64,000 bases of DNA, taken from positions 712 to 64,711 of the forward strand of contig JAAYBX010000153.1 in the NCBI GenBank assembly GCA_012729955.1. Direction: 5' to 3'. Both the position numbers and the translations under genes were made by a program. Of the stretch, positions 39,160 to 49,561 are shown piece after piece. Positions within the stretch are counted from its first letter, which is position 1. Each line of letters opens with the position of its first letter. A model generated the notes under the pieces. It did no database searches. It saw only the letters and a program-made list of their open reading frames with translations, and was not told where the DNA came from. Source of the stretch: Clostridiaceae bacterium. GTDB taxonomy: Bacteria; Bacillota; Clostridia; DUPQ01.

Positions 39160-40386
39160 CTATACAGGCTTTACTACATATCTGTTCAGATAACAGGAGT
39201 ACCTGGTGAGATCCTCCCTATATGGAGCTAAAACCACTATATCTCCTGTTTTTTTATCTTCATAAATCCCATGATTAGAGTAGTCCACTACATTTGATGT
39301 ATTAGCTTCCAGATCATGATTTTTTCTTTTAGTGTCGATAATCGTAACAGATTTTTTTATAATTCTCTTAGTTTCTTTTTCGATTTTTGCAATGCATAAA
39401 GGATATCGTGGCAGATTTCCCTTTGGGTTTTCCTCATTGATAACACCTATGTAATAGATATCTCCGTTACTGTGATTAAGAACTTTAGGTATGCACGAAG
39501 AAGAATACATAATGCTGCCATCATCATATAGAAGCATTTCGGGTTCTGACCATGTGTAACCATTATCAACAGAAATACTGTAGAATTTTGCACCTGTAAT
39601 AGTGTCTGACTGGCGGTAATTGCTATTACGCATAATCATCATAATTTCATTATTATTTATCACTCCGTATGTCGGCTCATACAGCCCTCTGACGGATTTA
39701 TCCAACCCTACAGTGACATATTCCCCTAAGTCCCATTCATAGTCCAAAGTTTCGCTGTTCCAAAATGCTTTAAGAACACCTGCTTTCATATATCCCATAC
39801 CAGTAGGGTTCAAAAGAGTACCATCTTTATCCAGCATCTGTATCTGCACAGAAACTAAAAGACTGTTGTCTTTTGCACGAACTATAACAGGTGACACTGA
39901 TGCAGCCATATTCACTCCGAATTCGACATCTTTAATGAACTGTTTAGAGTTATATGAAGACCCCTTCTGGATAATGTATTTTTTATCAGTCCATGTATAC
40001 CCATCATCAAAGGAAAGCCTATAATACAAAGTCCTCATCCTCCACAAGGATGCAAGCTTATTCTCTTCCCAGTATGTATCATTTGCTACATAAATCATTA
40101 CTTTCGCATGAATATCAGTATACAATGCTCCATAGCCGCTTTTAACCCAGCTGTTTTTAAAATCGTATACATATGATTTTTCAATAAAACCTTGTTCTAC
40201 CCATGTGCTGCCATTATCTGACGATCTTAAAAGCAAACTGCCAGTATTGCTGTCTGATGCATTGAATAAATCAAAATTCATCAGCATGTCTTCTGAATTT
40301 ATGCAGTATGCAACTGATGGCCCTAATATGAAATAGTCTTTGTAACTCAGATATTTATCATTCTTCCCAATAATTTCAAAAAACAT
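39160..40386 (-). CDS. BNR/Asp-box repeat protein (sialidase/glycoside-hydrolase-like beta-propeller), cytoplasmic
   Basis: Three Asp-boxes: 'SSDNGSTW', 'SFDDGYTW', 'SVDNGYTW'. No signal peptide and no FRIP motif seen. Confidence 0.55.
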   Translation of the reverse strand: MFFEIIGKNDKYLSYKDYFILGPSVAYCINSEDMLMNFDLFNASDSNTGSLLLRSSDNGSTWVEQGFIEKSYVYDFKNSWVKSGYGALYTDIHAKVMIYVANDTYWEENKLASLWRMRTLYYRLSFDDGYTWTDKKYIIQKGSSYNSKQFIKDVEFGVNMAASVSPVIVRAKDNSLLVSVQIQMLDKDGTLLNPTGMGYMKAGVLKAFWNSETLDYEWDLGEYVTVGLDKSVRGLYEPTYGVINNNEIMMIMRNSNYRQSDTITGAKFYSISVDNGYTWSEPEMLLYDDGSIMYSSSCIPKVLNHSNGDIYYIGVINEENPKGNLPRYPLCIAKIEKETKRIIKKSVTIIDTKRKNHDLEANTSNVVDYSNHGIYEDKKTGDIVVLAPYREDLTRYSCYLNRYVVKPV

Positions 40387-40559
40387 CGTTCACCTCTCTG
40401 TATTGCTTATTATATCATCACTTACAGTGTTATCTTTTGGAATACAAATAAAAATAGTAACTGCTGCGAGGAAAGACAAAACTAAAAACAAGTTTTCATG
40501 ATTCAACTATATAGCCAGAAAAACACCTATTATTGTATAATATTCATGAGGTATTAGGA

Positions 40560-43127
40560 ATGGCGGCTTTCGAGAGAATTAACTTCGGTATACCCAGCTT
40601 GGACTCTCTTTTAGATAATATCAGGTTTGGAGATAATGTAGTCATACAGGTAAGTGATCTGAAAGACTATATTATGCTTGTGCGTATATTTGTTCAGAAT
40701 TGTTTAAGAGAAGGGAAAAAAGTAAACTACATAAGGTTCGCTTCTCATGAAGAGATACTTACAGATAAGGATACCACAAACACTTATATACTGGACCCTA
40801 ATCATGGATTTGAAAATTTCACCATGCAGACCAGAAAGATAATTGAGAATCAGGGCTTAGATGCGATTTATGTATTTGACTGCCTGTCAGACTTACAGAC
40901 AATATGGTCAACTGACCTGATGATGGGAAATTTCTTTTGTGTAACCTGCCCATATCTGTTTGAGCTGGATACTGTCGCATTCTTTCCGATTTTAAGAGGT
41001 CATCATGATTATTCCACTATTGCAAGAATCCAGGATACGACTCAGCTGCTTTTAGATGTACATTCAACTTCAGATGATTTTTGTCTTCATCCGATCAAAG
41101 TATGGAACAGATATTCACCTGACATGTTTTTGCCTCATAAAATGACAAAAGATATGCAGTTTTTACCTTTGATGGACAGTATTGACCTATATAAATACTA
41201 TAAGCTTTTACACGAAGAACAGAAACAGGCTCCTCTGCTTAACATGGACAGTTATGAAAGATTCATTCTGAATATGAGGCAGAAGCATAAAGATAAGGCT
41301 ATAACAACAGAAGATATGCTTCTGATAATCAAAAGTATGATGACTCATGACGAGAATATCGAAAAACTGATTTTAAATAACTTCAGTTGTGAAGATTTAT
41401 TTTTCATTAAGGAAAGATTGATAGGAAGCGGGAATATTGGAGGAAAAGCATGTGGAATGCTTCTTGCAAGAAAAATAGTGCAAAACTATATACCTGATGC
41501 TTCTGACTTCTTAGAACCTCATGACTCTTTCTATATCGGTACTGATGTATTTTATTCTTTCTTAGTGGAAAACAAACTCTGGACGCTTCATATACTGCAA
41601 CAAAAAGATGAGTACTATTTTTCAAAGGCTGATGAGCTGCGAAGTTCGATTATGCAGGGCCGTTTCTCAGAAAATATACGGGCTCAATGGAGAAGAATGC
41701 TGGAATACTTTGGTCAAATCCCTATAATAGTCCGATCCAGTTCATTTTTAGAAGATGGTTATTCGAATGCATTTGCAGGTAAGTATGATTCAATCTTCTG
41801 CGCGACTAATACTGATCCAGAGGAAAGGCTAATTAGATTTGAAAATGCCGTTAAAAGCGTTTATGCAAGTATGCTCAATGAGTCAGTGCTTGAGTACAGA
41901 GTAAAAAGGAATATTGATAAAACTGAAGAACAGATGGCAATTCTTGTACAAAGAGTAAGTGGAACAAGATTCAATAATTACTATATGCCATGTGTTGCAG
42001 GTATCGGATTTTCATACAGCCTTTACAGGTGGTCAGCGGATTTGGATGAGTCTTCTGGTATGTTAAGATTAGTTGCAGGACTTGGCACAAAAGCAGTGGA
42101 CAGGACTTCTAATGATTATCCTCGTCTAGTAAATCTAGATTCTCCAGAAAAAACAACTTTAACAACAGATGAGGAAAAACACAGGTATTCTCAGCGATAT
42201 ATTGACCTGATAGACATGAAGGATAATCAGTTCAGAGAAGTTGAATTGAATGAAATTCTAGAGATACTGCCCAGATGGTATACTGATCTTATTTGTGAAC
42301 ATGACAGCCTTGCTGAAAGTACTTTGAATGAGTCTGGAATATATAAGAACGTATTATATATCTCATGTAATAAAGTAGTAAGCAACAAAAAACTTATGGA
42401 TACGATGTCGCGCATATTAAGAATCTTGAGTGATATGTATAAAATATCAGTTGATATTGAATTTACAGTTAATTTCACACCTGAAAAAGATTTCCTGATA
42501 AATCTTCTGCAGTGCAGGCCATTGTACATATGGAAAAACAGAATCAGCGGACAAATCCCGAATTACCCTGATAATGAGCTTTTACTTAAAGCTTATGATT
42601 CCTTCATGGGGAAAATGTCAAGAATCTCCATAGATTATATTATATATATCAGTTCCGAGAGGTATCATGAACTGTCTTATAAGATGAAAAGCTCTGTTGC
42701 TTATGCTATAGGCAGGATTAACAGATATTTTAAAGAAGCAAAAAAGAATTTAATGCTAATTACGCCAGGAAGGATCGGAACATCTTCAAATGAGTTCGGA
42801 ATCACCGTAAATTTTGCACAAATCTCTAATTTCAAGATAATATGTGAATACTCAGACAGAAAAATCGGATTTGCTCCAGAATTCTCGTTTGGCAGCCATA
42901 TGTTCCAGGATCTTGTTGAAAACGAATTCTTTTATATAGCTATAGATGAAAATAAAAAAAGCTTTCTCAATTTTAATTTATTCGAGAAACTGAATAAGGT
43001 AAATGGTATTCTCCCTGATAGTCAAAATGAAAATGGATGTATTACAATTTTTGAAAAAATGAACAGCATGGATATAACTCTAACTGCAGACTTTGAAAAC
43101 AGATTGTGCGTTTTATATATCAAATAA
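40560..43127 (+). CDS. Fusion protein: KaiC/RecA-like domain lacking a P-loop + PEP-utilising ATP-grasp (PPDK_N) domain + uncharacterised C-terminus
   Basis: N-terminal 'GIPSLDSLLDNIRFGDNVVIQVSD' is KaiC/RadA-like but GxxGxGKT is absent. 'GNIGGKACGMLLARK' matches the PPDK_N / PEP-synthase nucleotide-binding motif. No TSHAAI phospho-His motif found. The ATG at 40560 has GAGGT 7 nt upstream. Confidence 0.5.
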   Translation: MAAFERINFGIPSLDSLLDNIRFGDNVVIQVSDLKDYIMLVRIFVQNCLREGKKVNYIRFASHEEILTDKDTTNTYILDPNHGFENFTMQTRKIIENQGLDAIYVFDCLSDLQTIWSTDLMMGNFFCVTCPYLFELDTVAFFPILRGHHDYSTIARIQDTTQLLLDVHSTSDDFCLHPIKVWNRYSPDMFLPHKMTKDMQFLPLMDSIDLYKYYKLLHEEQKQAPLLNMDSYERFILNMRQKHKDKAITTEDMLLIIKSMMTHDENIEKLILNNFSCEDLFFIKERLIGSGNIGGKACGMLLARKIVQNYIPDASDFLEPHDSFYIGTDVFYSFLVENKLWTLHILQQKDEYYFSKADELRSSIMQGRFSENIRAQWRRMLEYFGQIPIIVRSSSFLEDGYSNAFAGKYDSIFCATNTDPEERLIRFENAVKSVYASMLNESVLEYRVKRNIDKTEEQMAILVQRVSGTRFNNYYMPCVAGIGFSYSLYRWSADLDESSGMLRLVAGLGTKAVDRTSNDYPRLVNLDSPEKTTLTTDEEKHRYSQRYIDLIDMKDNQFREVELNEILEILPRWYTDLICEHDSLAESTLNESGIYKNVLYISCNKVVSNKKLMDTMSRILRILSDMYKISVDIEFTVNFTPEKDFLINLLQCRPLYIWKNRISGQIPNYPDNELLLKAYDSFMGKMSRISIDYIIYISSERYHELSYKMKSSVAYAIGRINRYFKEAKKNLMLITPGRIGTSSNEFGITVNFAQISNFKIICEYSDRKIGFAPEFSFGSHMFQDLVENEFFYIAIDENKKSFLNFNLFEKLNKVNGILPDSQNENGCITIFEKMNSMDITLTADFENRLCVLYIK

Positions 43128-43877
43128 TTTCAAAGACTCTATAATGTTTTCCATTTTTATTGATATTTCTTTTGCCTTTTCCATATCTATCAGATATATG
43201 TCACAGTCTTTCATAAGTTTTTTGTATTCCTTACTTTGTCCGTATAGATATATTGATTCATCATCTAATTCTGCAGTTAATATATCTAACCTTTCTTTCA
43301 CTGCATCTAATGAATATCCTAATCCTTTCAGAAGTTTAATTATCCTCATTTTTTCTATATCATCATCAATATATACCCTATATCCGTTTAACTTTCTCAC
43401 AACCTGTATTAACCCTTTATTTTCCCAGTTCCTTATTGCATCAGGGGATGAGTTTATATATTGTGCAGCTTTCTTCCTTGTAAGATAAATGCTTTTTTCC
43501 TTTTGTTCCTTGCCTGTAATTACAAGATTGTACTTATCCTTGATACTTCTTGCATTACTCATCTCATTCTCAATACCAGTAATAAGGATATTCATTAGCA
43601 CAGCTGTCTCTGTGTTATTGCCAGATGCTACTGACTTTGATATGAGTATTGCAGTCTTTCTGATTGTTTTATGTCTTTTATCCATACTTAAAGCCAGTCT
43701 TGCAAGGGTATACTGCAGTACATGGCGGTCATTGAAAATCCTGTATCCGTTTATTAGTCTTTGTGTTGGTGAAACTAACCCGATTTCCTCATATAACCGT
43801 ACAGTATTTGTATGAATATCCATCATTTTTGCTATTTGCGATGTTCTATACTGATTCATGACTATCTCCGTAAGCAT
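43113..43877 (-). CDS. MerR-family regulator with two tandem MerR HTH domains
   Basis: HTH1 'SQIAKMMDIHTNTVRLYEEIGLVSP'. HTH2 'RKKAAQYINSSPDAIRNWENKGLI'. Each is followed by a coiled-coil-like segment. Confidence 0.6.
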   Translation of the reverse strand: MLTEIVMNQYRTSQIAKMMDIHTNTVRLYEEIGLVSPTQRLINGYRIFNDRHVLQYTLARLALSMDKRHKTIRKTAILISKSVASGNNTETAVLMNILITGIENEMSNARSIKDKYNLVITGKEQKEKSIYLTRKKAAQYINSSPDAIRNWENKGLIQVVRKLNGYRVYIDDDIEKMRIIKLLKGLGYSLDAVKERLDILTAELDDESIYLYGQSKEYKKLMKDCDIYLIDMEKAKEISIKMENIIESLKLFDI

Positions 43878-43885
43878 GGTATTCT

Positions 43886-43908
43886 AATGTATACTTATAA
43901 TATACAGT
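43886..43908. promoter_or_regulatory. Dyad aATGTATA-N7-TATACAGT immediately upstream of the MerR gene (candidate operator)
   Basis: Seen directly. 7/8 matching arms with a 7-nt spacer in an AT-rich promoter region. Confidence 0.35.
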
Positions 43909-44065
43909 ATATTACGCAAAAATACAAACAGCATCTGTAACACTAATATCATAATCATTTATGTATGTAGTTAATACATGAATTCAGGAAACAATTCTCT
44001 ATGAGAAATATTAATGAATAAAAAGGAATTCTGATAAAAGCTGTCTTGTATTTACAAGTAACTGT

Positions 44066-45196
44066 TTATGACAGTCTGTTCTTAAAATCATCGTAACTGA
44101 ATTTTTTAATAAGTTCAAGCTCTGAATCATAATGACTTAGATAAATAGAGGGCAAAGCCATCCCGTTAAATGTATTATTCTTGACCATAGTGTAAATAGC
44201 CATATCGCAAAAGAATACTACATCATTTACTTCCAGTTTCTCATCAAAGGAGTAATCACCTATTACATCTCCGGCAAGACATGTTGGTCCTGCAAATCTG
44301 TATGTGTTTTTTTTCTCATAAGGTTTTCCTGAACCAATCACATTAGGCCTGTAAGGCATTTCCAGCACATCAGGCATATGGCATGCCGCTGAAGTATCAA
44401 GTATGGCTATATCCATTCTGTTATGCACTATGTCTATTACTTTTGCTGCAAGATAACCGCAATTTAAAGCAATTGCTTCTCCTGGTTCAAGATATACCTT
44501 TATGTTATATTTGGATTTAAAATCCTTTATACAGGATATCAAACCTTCCACATCATAATCTTCTCTTGTTATATGATGTCCTCCTCCGAAATTAACCCAC
44601 TTCATTCTATTTAGATACTTACCGAAATTTTCTTCTACTGATTTGACAGTGTTAATCAGTGCATCAGAATTTTGTTCGCAAAGAGTATGAAAATGAAGAC
44701 CGGATATGCCTTCAAGCAGCTCTTCCTGGAAATTATCCTTTGTGACTCCAAGCCTGGAGAATGGAGAGCACGGATCATATATAGCATGGTCCTGAGTGGA
44801 ATATTCCGGATTAATCCTGATACCGAACTGCTTATTGCTTCTTAATGCCCTGCTTGTGAATTTCGCCCATTGAGAGAATGAGTTGAATATAATATGATCG
44901 CAGATATTTAAAATCTCATCAAATTCTTCTTCTTTATATGCTGGAGAGAAAATATGGTTTTCTTTATTCATATATTCATGTCCTAGTTTTGCTTCATATA
45001 ATCCTGAAGCTGCAGTTCCTGAAATATATTTTCCCAAAAGCGGATAGACTGAAAACATGGAAAAGGCTTTCTGGGCAAGCAGAATGCTGCAGCCTGCTTC
45101 TTCTTCCACTCTTTTTAATATCTCTAGATTATGGATAAGCTTTTTTTCATCAACAATATAACAAGGAGTATTTATGTCTTTTAAATCAAATGCCAT
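44066..45196 (-). CDS. nspC: Carboxynorspermidine/carboxyspermidine decarboxylase
   Basis: 'MAFDLKDINTPCYIVDEKKL...' and an Orn/DAP/Arg decarboxylase family-2 fold. Length 376 aa. Confidence 0.75.
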   Translation of the reverse strand: MAFDLKDINTPCYIVDEKKLIHNLEILKRVEEEAGCSILLAQKAFSMFSVYPLLGKYISGTAASGLYEAKLGHEYMNKENHIFSPAYKEEEFDEILNICDHIIFNSFSQWAKFTSRALRSNKQFGIRINPEYSTQDHAIYDPCSPFSRLGVTKDNFQEELLEGISGLHFHTLCEQNSDALINTVKSVEENFGKYLNRMKWVNFGGGHHITREDYDVEGLISCIKDFKSKYNIKVYLEPGEAIALNCGYLAAKVIDIVHNRMDIAILDTSAACHMPDVLEMPYRPNVIGSGKPYEKKNTYRFAGPTCLAGDVIGDYSFDEKLEVNDVVFFCDMAIYTMVKNNTFNGMALPSIYLSHYDSELELIKKFSYDDFKNRLS

Positions 45197-46396
45197 CTAG
45201 TCTACCAAAACAGGATTATGATCGATTTGCCACGGCAAACCCCATTTGTTGAGCGCATCCATAAATGGATCAGGGTCAAACTGCTCCATATTAAATACTC
45301 CAGGTTTTCTCCATGTACCATTCACAACCATCATCGTTCCGATCATTGCAGGTACGCCTGTAGTATAGGATATGGCCTGGCTTTCCACTTCTTTGTAGGA
45401 TTCCTCGTGATCGCACACATTATAAATATATAGTTTTTTTGGTTTACCATCTTTTATTCCCTGGAATATGCAGCCGATATTAGTCTTCCCTTTTGTCCTT
45501 GAACCTAATGAGGCTGGGTCTGGAAGCAGTGCTTTTAAAAATTGTAAAGGCACTATCTGCACGCCATTATATTCAATTGGTTTTATTGATGTCATACCTA
45601 CATTTTCCAGACACTTTAAATGAGTCAGGTAACTCTGCCCGAAAGTCATGAAAAATCTTACTCTCTTGAGATTCTTTATATGAACAGCAAGACTTTCAAT
45701 CTCCTCATGATGAAGAAGATACATATCCTTTGGGCCTATCTGAGGAAAATCATATATTCTCTTAATTTCCATTGGCTCTGTTTCGATCCATTTGCCTTTT
45801 TCCCAGTAGGAGCCTTTTGCTGTTACTTCCCTGATATTTATTTCAGGATTGAAATTAGTTGCAAAAGGATATCCGTGATCGCCGGCATTTGCATCCAGTA
45901 TGTCAATATAGTGAATTTCGTCAAAATAATGCTTTTGAGCATATGTTGAAAAAACAGAAGTTACACCAGGATCAAATCCGCTGCCCAATAATGCAGTAAT
46001 ATTAGCTTTTTTAAATCTGTCATTATACTCCCACTGCCATTTGTACTCAAATTTTGCAGTATCAAGAGGTTCATAATTAGCAGTGTCAACATAATTAGTT
46101 TTTGTTGCAAGACACGCATCCATGATGGAAAGGTCCTGATATGGCAATGCCAGATTCAATACTGTATCCGGTTTATATGAATTAATAAGTGCTACAAGTT
46201 CGTTTACATTATCTGCATCTACTGCAGCTGTATGTATTTTAGTCTGCATATTTTCCAATTTCTTCTTCAGATCATCGCATTTGGATTTTGTCCGGCTTGC
46301 TATCATCAGTTCAGAAAACACTTTATGATTCTGACAGCATTTTCTTATAGCAACATTAGCAACTCCCCCACATCCGATTACCATTACTCTACTCAT
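45197..46396 (-). CDS. Carboxynorspermidine/carboxyspermidine dehydrogenase (saccharopine-dehydrogenase-like)
   Basis: 'VMVIGCGGVANVAI' Rossmann. 399 aa. Adjacent to nspC. Confidence 0.7.
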   Translation of the reverse strand: MSRVMVIGCGGVANVAIRKCCQNHKVFSELMIASRTKSKCDDLKKKLENMQTKIHTAAVDADNVNELVALINSYKPDTVLNLALPYQDLSIMDACLATKTNYVDTANYEPLDTAKFEYKWQWEYNDRFKKANITALLGSGFDPGVTSVFSTYAQKHYFDEIHYIDILDANAGDHGYPFATNFNPEINIREVTAKGSYWEKGKWIETEPMEIKRIYDFPQIGPKDMYLLHHEEIESLAVHIKNLKRVRFFMTFGQSYLTHLKCLENVGMTSIKPIEYNGVQIVPLQFLKALLPDPASLGSRTKGKTNIGCIFQGIKDGKPKKLYIYNVCDHEESYKEVESQAISYTTGVPAMIGTMMVVNGTWRKPGVFNMEQFDPDPFMDALNKWGLPWQIDHNPVLVD

Positions 46397-47249
46397 TGAT
46401 GTTACCTCCTATAGCTAATAAGATTTCTCTAGTTATTTTACATGCAGCAGCTGTAGATGCTCCTGAAATGTCATAATGAGGCGATAACTCCACTATGTCA
46501 GCTCCAACTATGTTTAATTCTTTTAGAGCCAATACAGCATTATGAAGCTCTTTAAAACTCACTCCTCCAGGCTCAGGAGTTCCTGTGCCGCTAAAAACAG
46601 AAGGATCAAGAACATCAAGATCCAGACTGAAATATACAGGTATACCTTTTAGTTTTTTGAGCATCCCCCTTAATCCCTCCAAATCGTACTTATGCATGTT
46701 TGTATGAGCTTCAGCAAAATCAAATTCCTCTTTTTCCCCGCTTCTTATCCCGAATTGATATATATTCTTATCCTTAACAATCTCAGAAATCCTTCGCATT
46801 ACAGTTGCATGTGAGAACTTCTGCTTTAAGTAATCATCTCTTAGGTCAGTATGAGCGTCAAAATGAATGACTGCCAGATCAGGATACTTTTGCGCGATGG
46901 GTATTATGCATGCATATGAAACAAGATGCTCTCCTCCCAAGGCTACAGGTATTTTGCCGTCTTTAACGACTTTTTTTGAAAACTTTTCAATTATTGATAA
47001 AGAACCCGATGTATCGCCAAAAGGACACTCCAAATCACCTGCATCGTGAATTGCATAATCGCTAAGTCTTGAGTCCTGATATACAGAATATTCTTCCAGA
47101 CCGTATGATTCATTCCTTATAGCATTGCTACCGAATCTTGTTCCTGGCCTGAATGATGTAGTATTATCAAATGGAATACCATATAATACTATTCCAGCAT
47201 TTTTGTAATTGCTCTCACATCCAATAAAGCTATTCATGTTATTCGACAT
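46389..47249 (-). CDS. speB: Agmatinase (arginase family)
   Basis: 'IHFDAHTDL' and 'SLDLDVLDP' Mn-binding motifs. Confidence 0.75.
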   Translation of the reverse strand: MSNNMNSFIGCESNYKNAGIVLYGIPFDNTTSFRPGTRFGSNAIRNESYGLEEYSVYQDSRLSDYAIHDAGDLECPFGDTSGSLSIIEKFSKKVVKDGKIPVALGGEHLVSYACIIPIAQKYPDLAVIHFDAHTDLRDDYLKQKFSHATVMRRISEIVKDKNIYQFGIRSGEKEEFDFAEAHTNMHKYDLEGLRGMLKKLKGIPVYFSLDLDVLDPSVFSGTGTPEPGGVSFKELHNAVLALKELNIVGADIVELSPHYDISGASTAAACKITREILLAIGGNINE

Positions 47250-48090
47250 TTTTCAACATCTCCTCTACATAGTTTGGTAGATAAAATGCTCCTTTATGAA
47301 GATTTGAATTATAGTAACGTGTTTTTATTCCGAATAATTCCCATCTTTTTTCATTAGCGTCATGGACTGGATGATATTTTTTAGATGCGAATCCAAAAAG
47401 CCAGTGTCCCGAAGGATATGTTGGAATAAATGCTTGAAAGACCTTGCTTATCGGGAAGGAATCATAAATCCTTTTATGAGCTCTTTTCATAGCTGCTGCA
47501 TCTTCTTCATAAAACGGGCTTTCATGCTGGTTTACCATGATACCGTCTTCTTTCAATGCGTTATAGCAGTTACCATAAAATTCCTTTGTAAATAATCCTT
47601 CTCCTGGGCCGAATGGATCTGTGGAATCTACGATTATAAGATCATACTCCCCTGTATGCCTTCTAATAAACTTCATTCCATCTTGATAATACATATTAAC
47701 TCTTCTATCTTCAAAACCGCATGCTGTTTTAGGAAGGAACTGTTTGCATACCCGCACAACTTCCTCATCTATCTCAGCAACATCAATTCTATCGATTGAA
47801 GGATATTTAGTAAGCTCTCTTAATACGCCTCCGTCACCTGCTCCTATTACAAGGACTGTTTTTATATTCGGATTTACAGCCATAGGTACATGAGTTATCA
47901 TTTCGTGATATATGAATTCATCTTTCTCTGTAAGCATCATAAATCCATCCAGTGCAAGAAATCTTCCGAATTCCAATGATTCGAAAACATCTATCCTTTG
48001 AAAACGGCTGGTCGAACTGTATAACTGCTTATCAACCTTAATAGAAAGATAAACATTCTCAGTATGCTTTTCACTATACCAAAACTCCAT
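47239..48090 (-). CDS. speE: Spermidine synthase
   Basis: 'VLVIGAGDGGVLREL' and 'DLIIVDSTDP' motifs. Confidence 0.8.
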   Translation of the reverse strand: MEFWYSEKHTENVYLSIKVDKQLYSSTSRFQRIDVFESLEFGRFLALDGFMMLTEKDEFIYHEMITHVPMAVNPNIKTVLVIGAGDGGVLRELTKYPSIDRIDVAEIDEEVVRVCKQFLPKTACGFEDRRVNMYYQDGMKFIRRHTGEYDLIIVDSTDPFGPGEGLFTKEFYGNCYNALKEDGIMVNQHESPFYEEDAAAMKRAHKRIYDSFPISKVFQAFIPTYPSGHWLFGFASKKYHPVHDANEKRWELFGIKTRYYNSNLHKGAFYLPNYVEEMLKNVE

Positions 48091-48091
48091 C

Positions 48092-49549
48092 TTAACGACC
48101 TCCCTGTAAAATATTTAGCCTTTGTATATGCATATCCTCAGGCCCTGTTATTAAAGATCCTTTTTCCTTGGCATATATAATGTAATCTATTATCTGTTCG
48201 GTGATCCGTTCTCCTGGTGCAAGTATGGGTATTCCCGGAGGATAAGCCATGACGAACTCTCCACATATCTCTCCTGCTGTTTTCCTAATATCCATACTTA
48301 TTTTTTTTGCATAAAATGCATCCTGAGGGGACATTTCCACTACTGGATTAATATACTCATGTTTAAGTGATGATGTTCTCGCTTTTTTATACCGTCTGCG
48401 TATTTCTGACAGAGAACCTATAAGCTGTTCGATATTCTTGTCGCTGTCTCCGACCGATATATATGCAAGTATATTCTCTAAATCTCCAAATTCAATCTGA
48501 ATATCATATTCATCTCTTAAAAGATCAAATACTTCAATACCCGCAAGTCCTACTCCGGATGTGTTGATGGAAAGTTTTGTTACATCAAAATCAAACACAG
48601 TATCTCCATTAACCAATTCCCTAGAATATGCATAGTAATCGCCTATTTCATTAATCTCATCCCTGGCATATTGTGCCAGTTCAGAAACTCTTTTGAAAAT
48701 TTCTTTACCATGAAGAAACAGTCTTCTTCTCGAAATATCCAAACTTGACATCAGAAGATAAGAGCCAGATGTCGTCTGAGTGAGATTGACAACCTGACGC
48801 AGGTAATCAGAATTTATATTATCTCCACTTAGAAGAAGAGAACTCTGCGTTAGAGATCCGCCTGATTTATGCATACTCACAGAAGCCATATCTGCTCCTG
48901 CAGCCATAGCAGAAACCGGTAGATCCTCACCGAAATATAAATGAGTGCCATGTGCTTCATCAACCAGCACAAGCATGTTGTGCTTATGGGCCAGTTCAGT
49001 AATCTTTCTAAGATTTGAACATATGCCATAGTAAGTAGGATTATTCACAAACACTGCTTTTGCATCAGGATTCTGTTCTATAGCATTAACCACATCATTG
49101 TATGCCATTCCCAATGATATTCCAAGATCGCTGTTAATCTGAGGATTAATGTACACGGGTACTGCTCCGCACAAAACAAACGCATTAATAACGCTTCTGT
49201 GTACATTTCTTGGAAGTATTATCTTGTCTCCTCTTTTAACAACATATAAGACCATTGATTGCACAGCAGAAGTTGTCCCATTTACCATAAAATATGCATG
49301 CTTTGCACCAAAAGCCTGAGCTGTAAGCTCTTCAGCTTCTTTGATGACTCCTGTCGGATGGCAAATATTGTCGAGATACTTCATAGAGTTAATATCCACA
49401 GCAAGACATTTTGCTCCTAAAAAGTCTGCCAGATCCTTATTGCCTTTTCCTCTTTTATGCCCTGGAACATCAAAAGGAACGATGTGCATCGTCTTAAGTT
49501 CTTCAAGCGCCTCGTATAAAGGGGCGCGGTTCTGGTCTGTAAGAGTCAT
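48092..49549 (-). CDS. speA: Arginine decarboxylase (Orn/Lys/Arg decarboxylase fold-I family, PLP)
   Basis: 'SMHKSGGSLTQSS' PLP-lysine region. 485 aa. Sits in an operon with speB and speE. Confidence 0.7.
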   Translation of the reverse strand: MTLTDQNRAPLYEALEELKTMHIVPFDVPGHKRGKGNKDLADFLGAKCLAVDINSMKYLDNICHPTGVIKEAEELTAQAFGAKHAYFMVNGTTSAVQSMVLYVVKRGDKIILPRNVHRSVINAFVLCGAVPVYINPQINSDLGISLGMAYNDVVNAIEQNPDAKAVFVNNPTYYGICSNLRKITELAHKHNMLVLVDEAHGTHLYFGEDLPVSAMAAGADMASVSMHKSGGSLTQSSLLLSGDNINSDYLRQVVNLTQTTSGSYLLMSSLDISRRRLFLHGKEIFKRVSELAQYARDEINEIGDYYAYSRELVNGDTVFDFDVTKLSINTSGVGLAGIEVFDLLRDEYDIQIEFGDLENILAYISVGDSDKNIEQLIGSLSEIRRRYKKARTSSLKHEYINPVVEMSPQDAFYAKKISMDIRKTAGEICGEFVMAYPPGIPILAPGERITEQIIDYIIYAKEKGSLITGPEDMHIQRLNILQGGR

Positions 49550-49561
49550 TTTTCACCCACC

